A stretch of 64,000 nucleotides of DNA from Amoebidium appalachense (taxonomy: Eukaryota > Protista > Ichthyosporea). Every line of letters starts with the position of its first letter. Within the stretch, counting starts at the first letter, position 1. The translations under genes and the position numbers were made by a program. Below the pieces are notes generated by a model that was not told the DNA's origin, did not search any database, and saw only the letters and a list, made by a program, of their open reading frames with translations. This document shows, one piece after another, positions 11,331-25,893 of this stretch. Location: NCBI GenBank assembly GCA_963693365.1, contig CAVNZM010000016.1, positions 334,095 through 398,094 on the forward strand, in the 5' to 3' direction.

Positions 11331-13039
11331 CGACTTCGCCGGCCCCCATGGCTGCCACTAACAAACGTGTATTTGCCTCTATCCTTAAGTGAAACCTTTG
11401 GAGCAAGCATACTGCTCTCGTGCCGTGGTTTACAACCATTGCAGGTTCACTTTCGTCCAAGGGGATGTCCCCCTAGAGGCAACACACGTCCCGGAGTAGT
11501 TTTCATAGAGGTTTTATTTGTGGAATTTATTGACATAAATATTTTTCTGGGTAAACACGTAGGATGGGTGTTCGATATTGACATAACCATGTAGGCTTCG
11601 TTTCGTGTTTTAGCAGTTCGCGATTGGCCGCTCGCACACGGGCACCTATTAGCTAATCAAAACATCAGATTCCACATATCGCTAGACCGATTTTGATTGG
11701 TTCGATTCAGATTCACATATCACTGGATCGATTTTCAATTGGCTCAGGTCGGTAGGCTTAGGTATATAAGCAAGACAGTTTTCAGCAGATCAGCAAGCTA
11801 CAAACACATCTTCTGTGTTGAGCACCTACAGCCCTTACGGCTATACATTTTCTTTTCACCCACCCACCTACACCCACACTCACCCCCATTGATCCACACA
11901 TGCGTGCTGTTTTTTCACGGGGCGAAGACTTCCCCCGTTTTTTGGGCACAAGGACCTCACGGATCAATAAATTGATGACTGGGGGCTTGCCGTGGTTTAC
12001 AACCATTGCAGGTTCACTTTCGTCCAAGGGGATGTCCCCCTAGAGGCAACACACGTCCCGGAGTAGTTTTCATAGATCTGTATTCATGGAATCTGCCTGC
12101 GGCAGATAAATAGGTGAGAATCGAGCATAATAAATTAGACGTAGATTGACAGAACATGCAACTGTGTTTCTACCTCTCCACACTACCCTCTCTGTTAGTG
12201 CTGTGGCATCGTGCATTGCCCAGCACCACTCTGCACGTGTTTATGTCTGTTAGTTTAGTTGCCTGATCACCCACGTATACTCTCATTCATATGCATGTGT
12301 GCCCAAGTACATGTTAGTTGTAGTGTGTACACACTGCTAGTCAGGCGAGAATAGTAGGGACTTTTGCCGTAAGTCAGCACTTTTCTTGCAAGCTACACTG
12401 ATTCTGATGCTGAAAATGAAGAAAAACACGAACAAGTTACGAAGACACACCCACAAACGAAAACGAACACATGACTGCGAAAGTGCATGAAGAAGATCAC
12501 TTCGACCAGGCTGAGCCGAGCCCAAAACACCCGTATTTAACGAAATCCCCCTTGCAGGATCCCCTCTGGCGCCTGCAGGTGGACTGGCAGGCACGCCAAG
12601 TCGCCGGAGAGGCTCTGATGTCAGCACAGGCTCAGGAGGTAAGGCTGGGTCTATATTGAACAAGCACTTTGCAGAGCACGAAAACCGAGTATAAATAGCT
12701 ATAGTATATGTCATTGACATGTGTATTAATAGTGACAAGATGTGTAATTACTTGATTTATTTGAGTAAGAGTTCCTACTAGGCTTTAGTTAGGTCGGAAG
12801 TTGGAATGTGTATGCTCTGTTGGAATGTGTTTTTCTATCATCTGATAGAACCAATTGGTTCTCACCCTTTAGTTGAGATAAGATGATAAGTTGCAAGTAC
12901 AAAAAGAACCGAGAGCAGAATAAAAGATCAGTTGTTGTTTGAAATCTTTCAATGTGTCGTGAACAACACCGATTGCCCTCTCTTTATTGTGTTGGTCGTG
13001 TTTTACATGACACCTCTGTGCACTCTGCTCCCTTAGACC

Positions 13040-13225
13040 CATACAAAACAACACCTTCTGCTTGTCGAAGTTGTTGGGCCAGAGAACGGTGGGTGTGAGT
13101 TTGAAGGCCTCCTTGAGTGCCTGCCCGCGTTCAGACTCGTAGATAGCCTGAGTCTGCAGATGCCGAAAACATGCCGTCCCCCCCTCGAATAAGAGATCGG
13201 TTTTTTGACCGTTGATCTCCCACAC
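13040..13225 (-). pseudogene. P-element/THAP9-like transposase remnant
   Basis: FKLTPTVLWPNNFDKQKV resembles the P-transposase KLTxxHLxPxxFxKMxV motif; no catalytic residues were traced. Confidence 0.5.
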
Positions 13226-14725
13226 AAAAGTGAACCGAGGTAATACGAAGGAAGCCCCAGGTATAGGGAGATCGGATGATAACCGGCTAAAAAAATATAA
13301 TAATTGATAATAATTTACAAAATTTAAAACCTTTACCCAATAACCATAACCCTACTAGTAATTGTTGCCTAGCCTGTACATATGTCACTAGCTGCATTTG
13401 ATTGGCTGCGCTGGAAAACGCAGTAGGCCGTCGACTGGCTGGGCCCCCAGCAGTGTCCGCGCAATAAAAAGTTTTTTTAATAATGACTTTATTGATATGC
13501 TCAGCAAAATAGAAGCCATCGAGATATTGCCGATATCTCGGAGAAGAAAATACAAAAAAAATCCCCCTCCCTCCATCGCTCTTCCCCCCAGATTCACCAA
13601 CACTACTTCTGAATGTCCTCAGCCTACCCTCTTTCAACCTGGTTCTTTCTCTTGCTATCTCACTCCCTCTTTCTTTTCTCTTCCTGTTTTTTCCTGCCTT
13701 TTCGCGTTATTACCATACGCAGTATAAGTTTCTTTCTCGTTCTGTTAGAGAAATCAAAGGTAAAACTCAGTCGGCATGTGTTATGTTCCTTAGGCAACAC
13801 CGTACTGATCATTATCGCTTTTTGGGAGCTTTGGCAGGATATATTTCTCCTGCTGTATGTATGTGACATATACTAATCCGTCTCAGCAGATTAGCCTAAG
13901 TCTACGATCGAGATCGGGGGGGGGGGGGGGGGGGGGTGGCCCGGGTCCACAGATCATCAAGATCAAGTCCGGGGCCTCAAGATAGCTGTACAGCTGCGTG
14001 TATCTTGCCTCTGCCGGCGCAGGGCATTGGACCACGTCAGCCGGGACAGCCGACCAATAGAATTCTAATTAGTGTGTAGGATAGATCGTAGGAGGACTTA
14101 GGAATGTGATTGTTCGGGCAGAAGCCCTTTTGTAAGTATTGGCAAGGTTTGATAGTGTATGTTGCCAAACGTATTTATATAATTAGATGTAGAGGAAAGG
14201 GGGGGGAGGGAGGGGGGGGAGGATAGTATGAAATGTAGATTTAGACTCTGCGGTGCCACTAGGGGGAGGGTGAGGGGTGAGACATGGATAGATATATTAG
14301 TTGAGTAGATCGACTTAGCTCGTGCAGGCGCACGATAAAAGTAGATCGGAATGTTTGGAATGTGGCATCGTAGGGGGCCAGGTGATGATGATCTTTGAGG
14401 GCACGGCCTTGATGGCCTCAGTTGTAACTTAGTCTCATTCCGTACGGATCTAAGTTTGCCCGTCGGAGCCTGGTCTGAATAAACTTTACCGTTTTTCCGT
14501 ACACGTTCGTTCCTTTTCGTGTGTGTACACTTAGTAGAGTGCCGCGTCTCTAGTACATATACATTAGGATACGACAAGCTACACCTTTCTTTTAGTGCGG
14601 TTTTTCGCGCTAGGGTAACGCGGTGACAGTTCCTTCTGGGCTGTTGCTACACCTCAAACACACAGAAAAAAACAAAAAAAACAAAAACAAAAAAAACATA
14701 AACACAACCACCCGAACACCACACA

Positions 14726-16171
14726 ATGGCTAAGTTTAACGTAGACATGTTCTACGCATTGGCAGCTGAGGATAGCTCCCTGCACACACAGGTACCACAG
14801 GTTCATACACTAGACGTTAGACAGACCACAGCTTTCAGTTTTACACTCAAACACGACTCGGAAATACCTAGGTGGCTTAGGACACTCCTAGCTAACACAC
14901 CCAAACTAGTGTTAGACACAAAGAAGGCCCCCACTGTGGCGGCCTCGTGCTTAATGATCAAACAGTGCATCGACCACAAAACAATGGCCGACTTATGCAC
15001 CCTGATGGAGGAGCACCCGTACCGGGCCGAGCAGGCCCCCCAGGTGACGGCTCGTATATACGAGCAGCAGTACGACGAGGGGAGGGACGAGATGGTGTCC
15101 CGGACCCTCGGCCAGAAACGTCTGGCCGCACGATTCATCCCCGACGACGAGGACGAGAACAGCACCGACGACGTGGACGGGGGAGCTCGAGGCCTTCACA
15201 CGGCCGGAAAACGAGCTCGAGTATACGGCCCGGCTCGTCGGCCGATACCTGACGGCCGACCGGCGCCGTACCTTCCGGGCCCAGCTCAGAGAATGGAAGT
15301 ATACCTTTCCCACTTTAGATATGTCCCCCGTAGAAGCTCGTGCATTCTTTGAGAGGGAATATCGGGTCTTTGAAGTCTTTAAGACCTTTGTGAGTTAGCT
15401 GGTGACGTGAGTGATAGGGAAAAATTCGAGTTTGCTCGTAAGGCTCTCTCTGTAAACACAGACACTGCACGCATGTTTGGGGAGCATGATGATGTCGATG
15501 AGGTGGTGTTGCATGTTAAACGTCACTTGCTTGCCATGCACGAGGTGAAGTTCAATAAGAGGGATAAAAAGGAGGTGATGGAAGTAGACAAGAAAAAGAA
15601 GGAGAGTGGACAGAAGGGGGAAAAAGAAAAAAAAGAGGGTGAACAGCCAGATGCACTCACCATGTTGGTCAAGCAGGTTGCCGAGCTCTCCCAGGCCGTC
15701 TTTTCTGGCCGAGGGGGCTTCGGCTTCCGGGGTGGCCGTGGCGGCGACCAGGGTGGACACGGCGGTCGGGGCCGAGGTGGACGTGGAGGACAACAGCAGC
15801 AGTTCACCGAGAGGTTTGCCCCTTATCTTGCTCGTGGTGGTGGGCAGGGTAGAGGGAGGGGTGGAAATGGTGGTGAGAGAGGCCGAGGGGGGCAGGGGGG
15901 AAGGGGGGCCGTGGTGCACACGGTGGGCCCCCCCAGCATGACCGGGCTCCCGGTTATGCTTTGCGCCAAGGTTTTGAAGTCCCCCCTGGCCCCTTCTTTG
16001 GTGCATGTTACTTTTGTGGCCGGCAAGGGCACTCTGCTGCATATTGCCGTAGTTACAAAAGCTATTGAGTTCCGGGGGAGGGGGAAGCTGGGGTCACTGA
16101 GGGAGGGGGGGGGACAGTATCGGTCCCCCCCAGGTTGCAGAGAACCTTCACCCTCCCCCACCCCAGGTTAA
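14726..16171 (+). pseudogene. gag: Gypsy gag region (two frames, RGG-rich tail)
   Basis: ORFs 14726-15352 and 15407-16171 directly follow the 5' LTR; RGG-rich basic segment. Confidence 0.65.
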
Positions 16172-17319
16172 GCTTCCCTTTGCCCCCTCACCGCCCCGAT
16201 ACGTGTGGGAGCCGGGCATCGTCGTGGGTCCTCAAGACAGCGTCGAGGTGGTATGGCATGAATGTTTGTGGGGTGACTCTACCAAAGGTATGAATGGTGT
16301 GAATGTTTTGTGGTTGGGGGAGGTTCCCCAGCCACAAGTGGATGGTCTCAGTGTTTCTTGTCCCAACTGTTGGACATTGTGTTCATAGAAGCTAGTTCTA
16401 GTGCACGTTGTTCCTTCTGTAAGTCAGAAATGATTGCATCTTGTGAGGCCAACCTCTGCTCCAGTAGTTGGACTAGTTGCTGCAACTGTAAGTTGTCAGA
16501 CATAGTGTCGTGTATGATGGGTAACTAGTCTATGTGTTTTGTGCACTGGAAACGACAGTAGAAAAGTGTGAATCAAACGTTCTGCTTCCCATGTTTGTGA
16601 CATGGGAGGCACTGCTTTATATAGTCGTTGGCCACCTCATGGTGGCCTCGTGTGCACCCTGGTGGTGGGCCATGTACAGCATGGCCGAAAAGAGAGCACA
16701 ATGAAAACAAGTCGTTAAAGATATAAAAGTTAACTGTGCACGTTGAGTGGCTAGTTAACTTGCACTAAAGCACACAAATAAACGTGTTTAACACACCAAT
16801 TGCAGTTAAACGTAAATCTTGCTTCACACAACTAAAAATATTCTGAGAATATCCGGGAATAAAGCACACTACCACTCTAAGAATAGAATCCTGTGGCAAA
16901 TATAGACATGACATCATCTGAACCGGGAATAGCCGAAAAGAGAGCACAATTAGCACGTTGCTAGTGAAGCTCGTCATTGGTACAGTTTTGGCTCAAACAT
17001 ATAACTACCATATATGAATATGACCGTAAACAAAAGCTCTATGCACTCGAGTGAGTGTTGAAACAGTTATTCAATTGCTCAGAAACTTTCTCTAACAGAC
17101 ATTGCTAGCCGGGAGTACCAGTGTACTCCAACACCCCTACTCAATTGGATAATTGTGGTATGAATTAATGCAACTGAGCTCGAGTGCTTCAGGTGCACAA
17201 AATACAGACAATAAAGATTCCCCTACTCAATTTTAGTATGGTACACGTAGTTGCACAGTCGGATGCAACTCTCTCCCCCCCCCTGAAGTATGAGGGCGCA
17301 GTTGGTTGATGACGGGTGC

Positions 17320-18240
17320 TCAGCACATGTTGAGCATCCCCACGGCCTTGGTGAAGAAAGAGGCAGACAGGGCCTTGGTGAACATGTCGGCCTTGTTGTC
17401 AGCAGAAGCCACCGGGACCACAGTGATGTTGCCCAGCAGGTGATGTTCCTTGACGGAGCAGTAGCGGACGTCGATGTGCTTGGTCTTGGGCTTAACCCCC
17501 AGGGTGTCCAGCAGGGCCCGGGCAGACTCATTGTCCCCATGGATGGGCACCGGGGTGGGCTCATTGATAGGATTAAGGCCCAGGTCGTCCATCACATAGT
17601 TGAGCCATAGGGCCTCGTTCGTAGCAGCAGACATGGCCACAAATTCAGCCTCAGTGGAGCTGTGGGTGGTGATGGACTGGAGCCGAGACACCCAGGACAC
17701 AGGGGAGGAGTTGATGAAGAAGACATAGCCCGTGGTGGAGCGCCGGGTGTCGCGGTCCTCGGCGTAGTCGGAGTCGGAGTAGCCAACAAGGTTGGGGGGG
17801 CCGGGACGGTAGACAATACCCAGGTCGATGGTGGCCAGCAGGTAGCTTACAACTCTGGTAGCCATAGTCCAGTGGGTGACGGTGGGCGCATGAATGTGTC
17901 GAGTAAGGACTCCCAGAGCCTGGGAAATGTCGGGGCGGGTGGTACGCGCAATCCACAGCAGGGCACCGACCAGGCTGGCATAGTCCTCCTTCTTGCTGTA
18001 GGCTGGGGTCTTGTTGCTTTCACTGGCCTGGCCCGGGACGATGGGGGTCTTGGTGCCGGACATGTGGGTGAGACGAAAACGGGCAGCCAAGTCGATGATG
18101 TGTTGACGATGGCCCAGACGCAGAGACCCGTCCTCCAGCCAGGTAAGAGTGTGCCCGATGAGCAGGGTAGGACGACCCAGGTCCTTGGCAGAGAAACGAG
18201 CATCCAGCTTGGTGAAAAAATCGTCGATGAGCGCATCAGT
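17320..18240 (-). pseudogene. Minus-strand copia RT C-terminus and RNase H
   Basis: TRPDIS, YSDSDYA, SSTEAEF, GDNESA, KHIDVRY, ADMFTKAL. Confidence 0.9.
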
Positions 18241-21200
18241 TGTTGTAATACGTAGTATTTACATATGGTAAGATCTTCTCAGTTTGTGTTATGTTTCAGT
18301 TCATATGCTTAGTGTAAATGCCACACTCCTATTATGTAAAGTGTAGCATCGATCTCCGATATGCTTGTATACTTGTAATCGTGTTGTATCGGCATTAATT
18401 GTGTATTGTAATATCGATTAGAATATTTATATGTGTGTACACGGATCCACCCACTCAGGGAGAGACGTGTACATGTTCGTGTGTACATAAATATCTCTGG
18501 TTATAGTTATGCTATTACTATCTTGTTTGTTGATCTGTGTTCTCTTTTCCTTCCTCTTTCTCCTTCCTTATTTTCTTTTCTTTCTCTCCTTGTCTTCATG
18601 TGTATAATCGTATTTCTTTTCTACTAATATATGTTAGGTAGATTTGTGTTACTTAATACGTGTTCATTGGACGGTAACACACTTAGGCTACACTTAGAAT
18701 AGCATGTGTGTTTAGACTTCATTAATTCACTTTAGTTTTCATGTGTTGCCGGGCTTTATCCAATCATCAAGGTTAAGTGTGATATGTCTGAGTCTTTGCA
18801 GTATGTCATAGGTTAGAACTTCCTTGATGATGACACGAGTTGATCTTAACTAGTGTCTGTGTCCTATCGTGTACGTCTCCGCGTACCGGATCTCTCAGAA
18901 AGCAATTGGTTCTTAGTGATTGGTTTCTATTAGAGATAGATCTGATTTTCGACTGGTCGGAAATCATGTATGGATTGGACTTAGAGGAATTTCAGGTATT
19001 TATTCGAAGATCAGAATAAATTCAGTTCAGTCGTGTCTAAACATTGATGTCTGTTGTGTACACTGCTCCGATCGTTCCGTGTTTTGTTGTTGTGTGTGTC
19101 TGTGGTGTTTTCACACTGCACCACTGTGTCTCTGCTTACATCCTAAATACTTATAGAAATTAACAGGTTATGCAGCCCTTTTGCACGCTCCCTACACACA
19201 TCTAGAACTCGCGCTCGTTTTTCAATCATGGATCCAAACAAAACTGGCGTAAACAAAATCACCATGTGGAAAGGTGAAGGGAAGACTGGTCCCGATAGCA
19301 AAACTACCTATTTTCAATGGGAAATCATTTTTCTCGGCATGATGACCGGCACTAAAGGTGTCCGACTCGTGGATGTTGTCCTTGCTGACAACTACGTCCC
19401 CCCTACCACCGTCGCGGTTGACGGTGAACCCCCCTTCTATGGCTACGGCACTACCGCGGAACTCAAAGAGGCCCGCAATTGCCTCCTGCTCCATATGATA
19501 CAGAACATCGACCCTTCCGTCCTCACCACCGTTGCCCAGTACCGTATTGGCATGGACCCTGAACGGGCCATGTGGAAATTCCGTCAACACTATCTCCAAG
19601 GCAAACCCGATCAGATCCGCATCCTTCACCGTCAGTGGGATGCCTGTGCCCTTCAGCCCGGTGAATCATTCACCACCTACCTGAGCCGTCTGCAGACCAT
19701 CGTGTACCAGCTCCAGTCTCTCCAAGATGAGTCCATTCACTTCACTCGTCTAGCTGAGAAGTTCTTCAATGAACTCACCACCAGAGACGACCTCACCCCT
19801 GAGTTCAATCGTCTTATCGAAGACTATCACTTCGGTGATAAGCTATTCCCCGACTTCGAGTCCCTCCATAACCACGTCAAGGGCATCGAGTTACGTCAAG
19901 ACCTCAAGATGCAACTCCGGAACAACCGTGCCCACCGTGCCTCCAAGTCCAGCATGGCATTAAATGCCAGTGCTCCCCCCCGTGATCTTCCTCGCCGTGA
20001 CTTACGCACCCGACTTGACCGTACCTCTGGCACGGACCTCCGAACTCGTCTCTCCCGTCAGCACACCCGATCCCGTTCCCCCCACCGGCCTGCCTTCCGG
20101 TCCACGTCTCGTTCCCCCAGTCGTTCCCGTTTCTCGGGTTCCCGTCGTTCTGATTCCCCGGCTCGTTCTAACACCCCGTCCGTGAAAGAATGCTCCTACT
20201 GCCACGAGCCTGATCACACGATCATCGATTGCCCTGAGCCGAAATGCCGTATGTCCAGACACAACCGTTCCCGTCAAGGCAGTGAGAAATCTGTCTCCTT
20301 TGCTTTCTCGGCATACAATGCTAGCTCCGTCCCCGTGTCCTCCGACCCTGCCTGGGATTCCGGGTGCAACATGACTGTTTGACCCACCCGTGAGTTCTTC
20401 CATGACCTCACTCCCCTTCCGACACCGACTCCCGTTGCTGCCTTCAATGGCACCCCCGTCTTGGCCACTCACACCGGCCATATCGTCATCAACACCACCA
20501 CCGACCATGGCACTACCACCCTAACCATTGAAGCCTACTACACCCCGTCTGGCCAAGCCTTCCTCATTTCAACATCCCAAGCTGCTGCCGAATACATCAA
20601 GGGTGATTTGAACGATGCCTCCACTCCGTCATTCCTCTTCGACCGACTCACCGGCCGTCATCTCGTCAACCTCCGTCTACACAACGGTCTGTATTACTTC
20701 AAGGACTACACCATTCAACCACACACTCGTCCTGTGGCTCTGGCTGCCACTACCAGTGTTAACCCATCCATCTGGCACCATCGTCTGGGGCACCGAGCTA
20801 TGACCAGCATCAAGGACATGGTGAAACACGACCTTGTTATTGGTCTCCCCTCCTCTGTCCTCGCCTGTGATGTTCCTGATTGTCATGGCTGCATTATGGG
20901 TAAGACCACCAAGGCTCCGTTCAGGGGTGACCGTCCTCACTCCAACATCCCCGGTCATGAATGGCATTGGGATTTTTTTGAGCCTACCACAACATCGTAC
21001 GGAGGTTCCAAGGTTGCTCTCGTCACTGTCTGCCGTGCCTCTGGCCTCGTCAAGATCTACCCGATGGCCGACCGTACCACCACCCTGGATATTCTCACAG
21101 CTCACACCAACCTCGTTGCCACCCATGCCCCCTCCAAAGTTGGTGTTTACCACTTCGACTCCGGCTCTGAGTTCACCTCCAAGGATACCCGTGCTTTTTG

Positions 21201-24200
21201 CCTCTCCCAGGGCATCAAGGCCAGCTATGCTCCGGTGGACTGCCCTCAACTGAACGGCTATGTTGAACGACGTATGCGGTTCCTCCAAGAGATTGTCCGT
21301 TGCCTCCTCCATCAAGTCCAAGATCAGTCTCTGTCTCCCAAACTGTGGGCTGAGGCCCTCCAACATGCCGCCTACATCATCAACGTCACCCCGTCCACGA
21401 CTGCCAATGGTCGTACACCATTCGAGGTTTTCTACGGTGTCAAGCCCGACATCTCCGAGCTCAAAGTGTTCGGTTGCCCTGCCTACACTCACGTGCCAGC
21501 CTCTAAACGGAACAAGCTGGCCCCCACCGTCAAACTCGGCATGTATATCGGCTATGATCTTCAATCACACTGCCACCGGATCTTCAATGCCACCACCCAT
21601 CGTGTCGGCCTCTTCCGTGATGTGATTTTCGACGAATCAGCTTATCTCCCGTCCGACATTCCATCAACCCTTCCGACCCCCGACACCACTGCTACCTCGA
21701 CCACCCCACCCCCCACAGTTGACACTGAAGATGATGTTTGTCTGGTGTACTCTGGCCCCCCTCCTGCCATCGTCGTTCCCCCGACACCCCCCCCCCACCG
21801 GCCCCCCTGCCCCCGTGCCCGTCCAGCCTGCCGACCCTCATCCTGGCCCTGGCAACGTCACACCCATCCGACCCGGCTCCCCCGACAACTTCCACTCGGC
21901 CCCGTCCAGCCCGGAGGTTGCCCCCCCTGCACTTCCGAACTTCCAAGTTCCCCCCCCACCGTCTCCACCTACCCCGGTTCCTGCACCCCGTCGTTCTGCC
22001 CGTCTCCAGGGCAAGGTTGGACTTCAAGCCACCACCACCCTGCCAGTCCCCCCGGTCCCCCCATCAACATCGACCAACTACCCAAACTTGTCCGTCAACT
22101 CTGTTCCGGACCCAATGGTGATCAGGTCAAGTCAGCCCTGACTGCTGAGTATCAAGCCTTCGTCGACAAAGACATCTTTGAACTTGTTGACCCTCCCCCT
22201 GGTGCTAACATCGTCGGCTTCAAGTGGATTGTCTCCGAGAAAACTCTCAACTCGGCTGGTGACACCAAGATCAAGGCACGTGGTGTTGCTCAAGGCTTCA
22301 GTCAGCAATACGGTGTTGACTATGAGTTGATTGAGAGCCCTGTCATCCGTCCGGCTGCTCTCCGTGCCATCCTAGCTCTGGCCGTTGTTGAAGGTCATGA
22401 CATACATCAACTCGACGTGTCTACGGCCTTTCTCAACAGCCCACTCACCGAGACCATCTACATGAAACAACCCCCGGGATTCATCACCATGGCCACACTT
22501 GGCAAGGTCTGGAGACTCAAGAAAGCCCTGTACGGCCTCAAGCAAGCCTCCAAGGCTTGGTACGACTTCCTCGACGGCATTCTTCTTGCCCATGGCCTGA
22601 CCCGTACTAAGACCGACCCGTGCATCTACCTCCGGTTCTTCCCCAACAACGATGTGGTACGGGCTGGTAACTACGTCGATGACTCCACCATCACCAACAC
22701 CCGGGGTTCTACTGCTGCCAGTGACCTGGCTGCCCACATCAGCAAGATGGCCAGCTGTCGTATGAGTCCATTTGACCGTATGCTCGGTGTTGATTTTAAT
22801 CACTCTGATCCCCATCACCTCCACATGCACCAGAGGTCTTACATCAGGGATATCATCCACGACTTCAACCTCACCGATGCCAAGTCCAAGTCTACCCCCA
22901 TCCCTGCAGGCACCACCGTCTCCCTGGCTGATTGCCCCCCCCAACCGTTCACCGTGCCCTACCGTGAGTTACTCGGCCGTCTCCTCTGGGTGGCACGGTG
23001 CACACGTCCCGACATTGCCTATGCCATCGGCTTCCTTGGTCGGTTCAGCACCAACCCCGGCAAGACTCACTGGGACCTTCTCCGTCGTGTGGCCCGGTAC
23101 CTGCTCGGCACCATTGACCTTGGCATTGACTACAAGTACTCGGCCACCCAGTCCCCCATACTCGAATGCTACACGGATGCTGACTTTGCTGGTTGTGCCG
23201 ACAGCAAGAAGTCTACCACCGGCTACATTATCGTGTTTGCTGGTATGCCCGTCATCTGGTACTCCAAGCTCCAGCCCATCACGGCCACCAGCACCACTGA
23301 AGCTGAGCTGATTGCTCTCAATGCTGGCACCCAAGAAGTTGCTTGGGTCCGTGACCTCTTCAAGGAACTCGGCTGTCCCATGCTTGCTCCGACTCCGGTG
23401 TACTGTGACAACCAGTCGACCATTGCCATCGTCAACTCCACCGGCATCAAGCACCGTACCAAACACATTGCCGTCCGGTATCACAACACCAAGGACTACA
23501 TTGCCAGTGGGGACGTGGTTGTCCACTACGTTGAGTCAGCCCACAACTTAGCTGACATACTCACCAAACCCCTCCCCGGCCCGAGTCATGTCCACCATCG
23601 TGCTCGACTTTGTTTACCGGATATTGTGGATTGACCCGACCTACTTCAAGAGTGATTTTCTCATGTGTACTACTTACTTTATCAACATCATTATATCATA
23701 TGTATTGCCTTTGTGGGTATGCCCACTTAGGGTTTATATATAAGGTTTGACCTGTACCATCACTCTACTCTATCTTTCACTGGTTTAAAACCCAGTTAAT
23801 CAAACACCGCCTATACACGTTATATATATTCGTTGTTTTTGCCCCGGTTCCCTTCCCCCCCCTCCCCCCCCCCCCTTCCCCCCCCCCCCTTCCCCCCCCC
23901 CCCCTTCCCCCCCCCCCTCCCCCCCCCCCTTCTCCCCCCCCCCCCCCCCCCCCCCCCGGAAAAGTACACACTTTAATTTTTTTTTTTTCCGTTTCTGTTC
24001 TCAAGTGGGGAGATTTCACTAGTTCAGTGGGGATATGATAACACAAACTTCAAAGTCTTAAGTGGGGATGTTGTAATACGTAGTATTTACATATGGTAAG
24101 ATCTTCTCAGTTTGTGTTATGTTTCAGTTCATATGCTTAGTGTAAATGCCACACTCCTATTATGTAAAGTGTAGCATCGATCTCCGATATGCTTGTATAC

Positions 24201-24993
24201 TTGTAATCGTGTTGTATCGGCATTAATTGTGTATTGTAATATCGATTAGAATATTTATATGTGTGTACACGGATCCACCCACTCAGGGAGAGACGTGTAC
24301 ATGTTCGTGTGTACATAAATATCTCTGGTTATAGTTATGCTATTACTATCTTGTTTGTTGATCTGTGTTCTCTTTTCCTTCCTCTTTCTCCTTCCTTATT
24401 TTCTTTTCTTTCTCTCCTTGTCTTCATGTGTATAATCGTATTTCTTTTCTACTAATATATGTTAGGTAGATTTGTGTTACTTAATACGTGTTCATTGGAC
24501 GGTAACACACTTAGGCTACACTTAGCATAGCATGTGTGTTTAGACTTCATTAATTCACTTTAGTTTTCATGTGTTGCCGGGCTTTATCCAATCATCAAGG
24601 TTAAGTGTGATATGTCTGAGTCTTTGCAGTATGTCATAGGTTAGAACTTCCTTGATGATGACACGAGTTGATCTTAACTAGTGTCTGTGTCCTATCGTGT
24701 ACGTCTCCGCGTACCGGATCTCTCAGAAAGCAATTGGTTCTTAGTGATTGGTTTCTATTAGAGATAGATCTGATTTTCGACTGGTCGGAAATCATGTATG
24801 GATTGGACTTAGAGGAATTTCAGGTATTTATTCGAAGATCAGAATAAATTCAGTTCAGTCGTGTCTAAACATTGATGTCTGTTGTGTACACTGCTCCGAT
24901 CGTTCCGTGTTTTGTTGTTGTGTGTGTCTGTGGTGTTTTCACACTGCACCACTGTGTCTCTGCTTACATCCTAAATACTTATAGAAATTAACA
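18241..24993 (+). mobile_element. Young full-length Ty1/copia element
   Basis: 925-bp LTRs 18241-19165 and 24069-24993 (one mismatch seen); TSD TCAGT; PBS-like GGTTATGCAGCCC; PPT AGTGGGGA. Confidence 0.96.
19228..23634 (+). CDS. Copia gag-pol with one in-frame TGA at 20380-20382
   Basis: Zn knuckle CSYCHEPDHTIIDC; protease WDSG; WHHRLGH; integrase D..D..E; RT DVSTAFLN, LKKALYGLKQ, YVDD; RH ADILTKPL. Both ORF segments share a frame. Confidence 0.9.
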
Positions 24994-25809
24994 TCAGTGG
25001 CGGCCGTCACGGTGAAGTCATCCACGTAGGCAGCAAGGGCAATAAACGTTGGGGTCCCGGCATTCTTGATGAACAGGCACGGGTCAGCAGCACTCACAAT
25101 GAAGCCTTGGTCGAGGAGATGGTCACGGAGGGCCTCATACCACTGGCGCGGTGCCTGTTTTAGGCCGTAGAGCGCCTTGTGGAGCAAGCCGACAGCATGG
25201 GGGGCCGAGGGGTTGACGAAGCCAGGGGGCTGCTCAATGTAGATGGTCTCGTTGACGGTGCCGTTGAGGAATGCTGTGTTGACGTCGATGTGGCGCAGAG
25301 GCAGACCTTGGGCCACGGAGGTAGCCAAAACCAGCCGGATGGTAGCCAGCGCAGCCACAGGTGACTCGGTGACGAAATAGTCCTGGCCAGGCTGCTGGTA
25401 GTTGCCCCGGGCCACAAGCCGGGCCTTGAAAGCAGTGACGTTGCCGACGTTGTCCTGCTTGACCGTAAAGACCCAGCCGACCGGAATGACAGTGGAGCCA
25501 TCCTCTGGACGGGGCACAAGGGTGAAGGTGCCGTTGTCTTCCAGGGCCTTGAGCTCACGGTGTGCAGCCTCCTCCCATTTCAGACGCTGGGGACTCTTGA
25601 GTGCAGCCCGGACAGTCTTGGGGACAACAATGGTGGAAGCCTTGATGGGTGTTGATGCAGGAGCCGTAGCCTGGGGGGCAAGGGGGGCCGTAGCAGCAGC
25701 CACGTTGGCAGTCGGGCCTCGACGTTGGTCGTTGTACACAGCGCCACTACGGGTCGTCCGGGGGAGCCGATGTGCAGGCTCGGGCAGGATCGGAATGTCC
25801 AATTGATCA
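24994..25809 (-). pseudogene. Minus-strand copia RT N-terminal part
   Basis: KARLVARG, DVNTAFLNG, LHKALYGLKQAPRQW, YVDD. Confidence 0.9.
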
Positions 25810-25893
25810 CTCGGTGTTGGAAGATGGTATCGTTATCCAGTCCGATCGCATGAATCAGATCATGATCGGCTGGTGGCCTGCGAGATCTTAACC

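Larger units (their letters stand above)
933..12076 (+). mobile_element. Ngaro-type YR retrotransposon, internally decayed, with split direct repeats
   Basis: A1 933-1287 = A2 11505-11859; B1 11421-11509 = B2 11988-12076 (order A1..B1-A2-B2). RT and YR remnants lie inside. Confidence 0.9.

Noticed and set aside
21780-22045. Programmed frameshift in the copia linker
   Set aside because: The typical RRSARL linker sits in another frame between poly-C runs; compensating homopolymer indels, possibly sequencing errors, explain it. The G-run shift near 27105 is similar.
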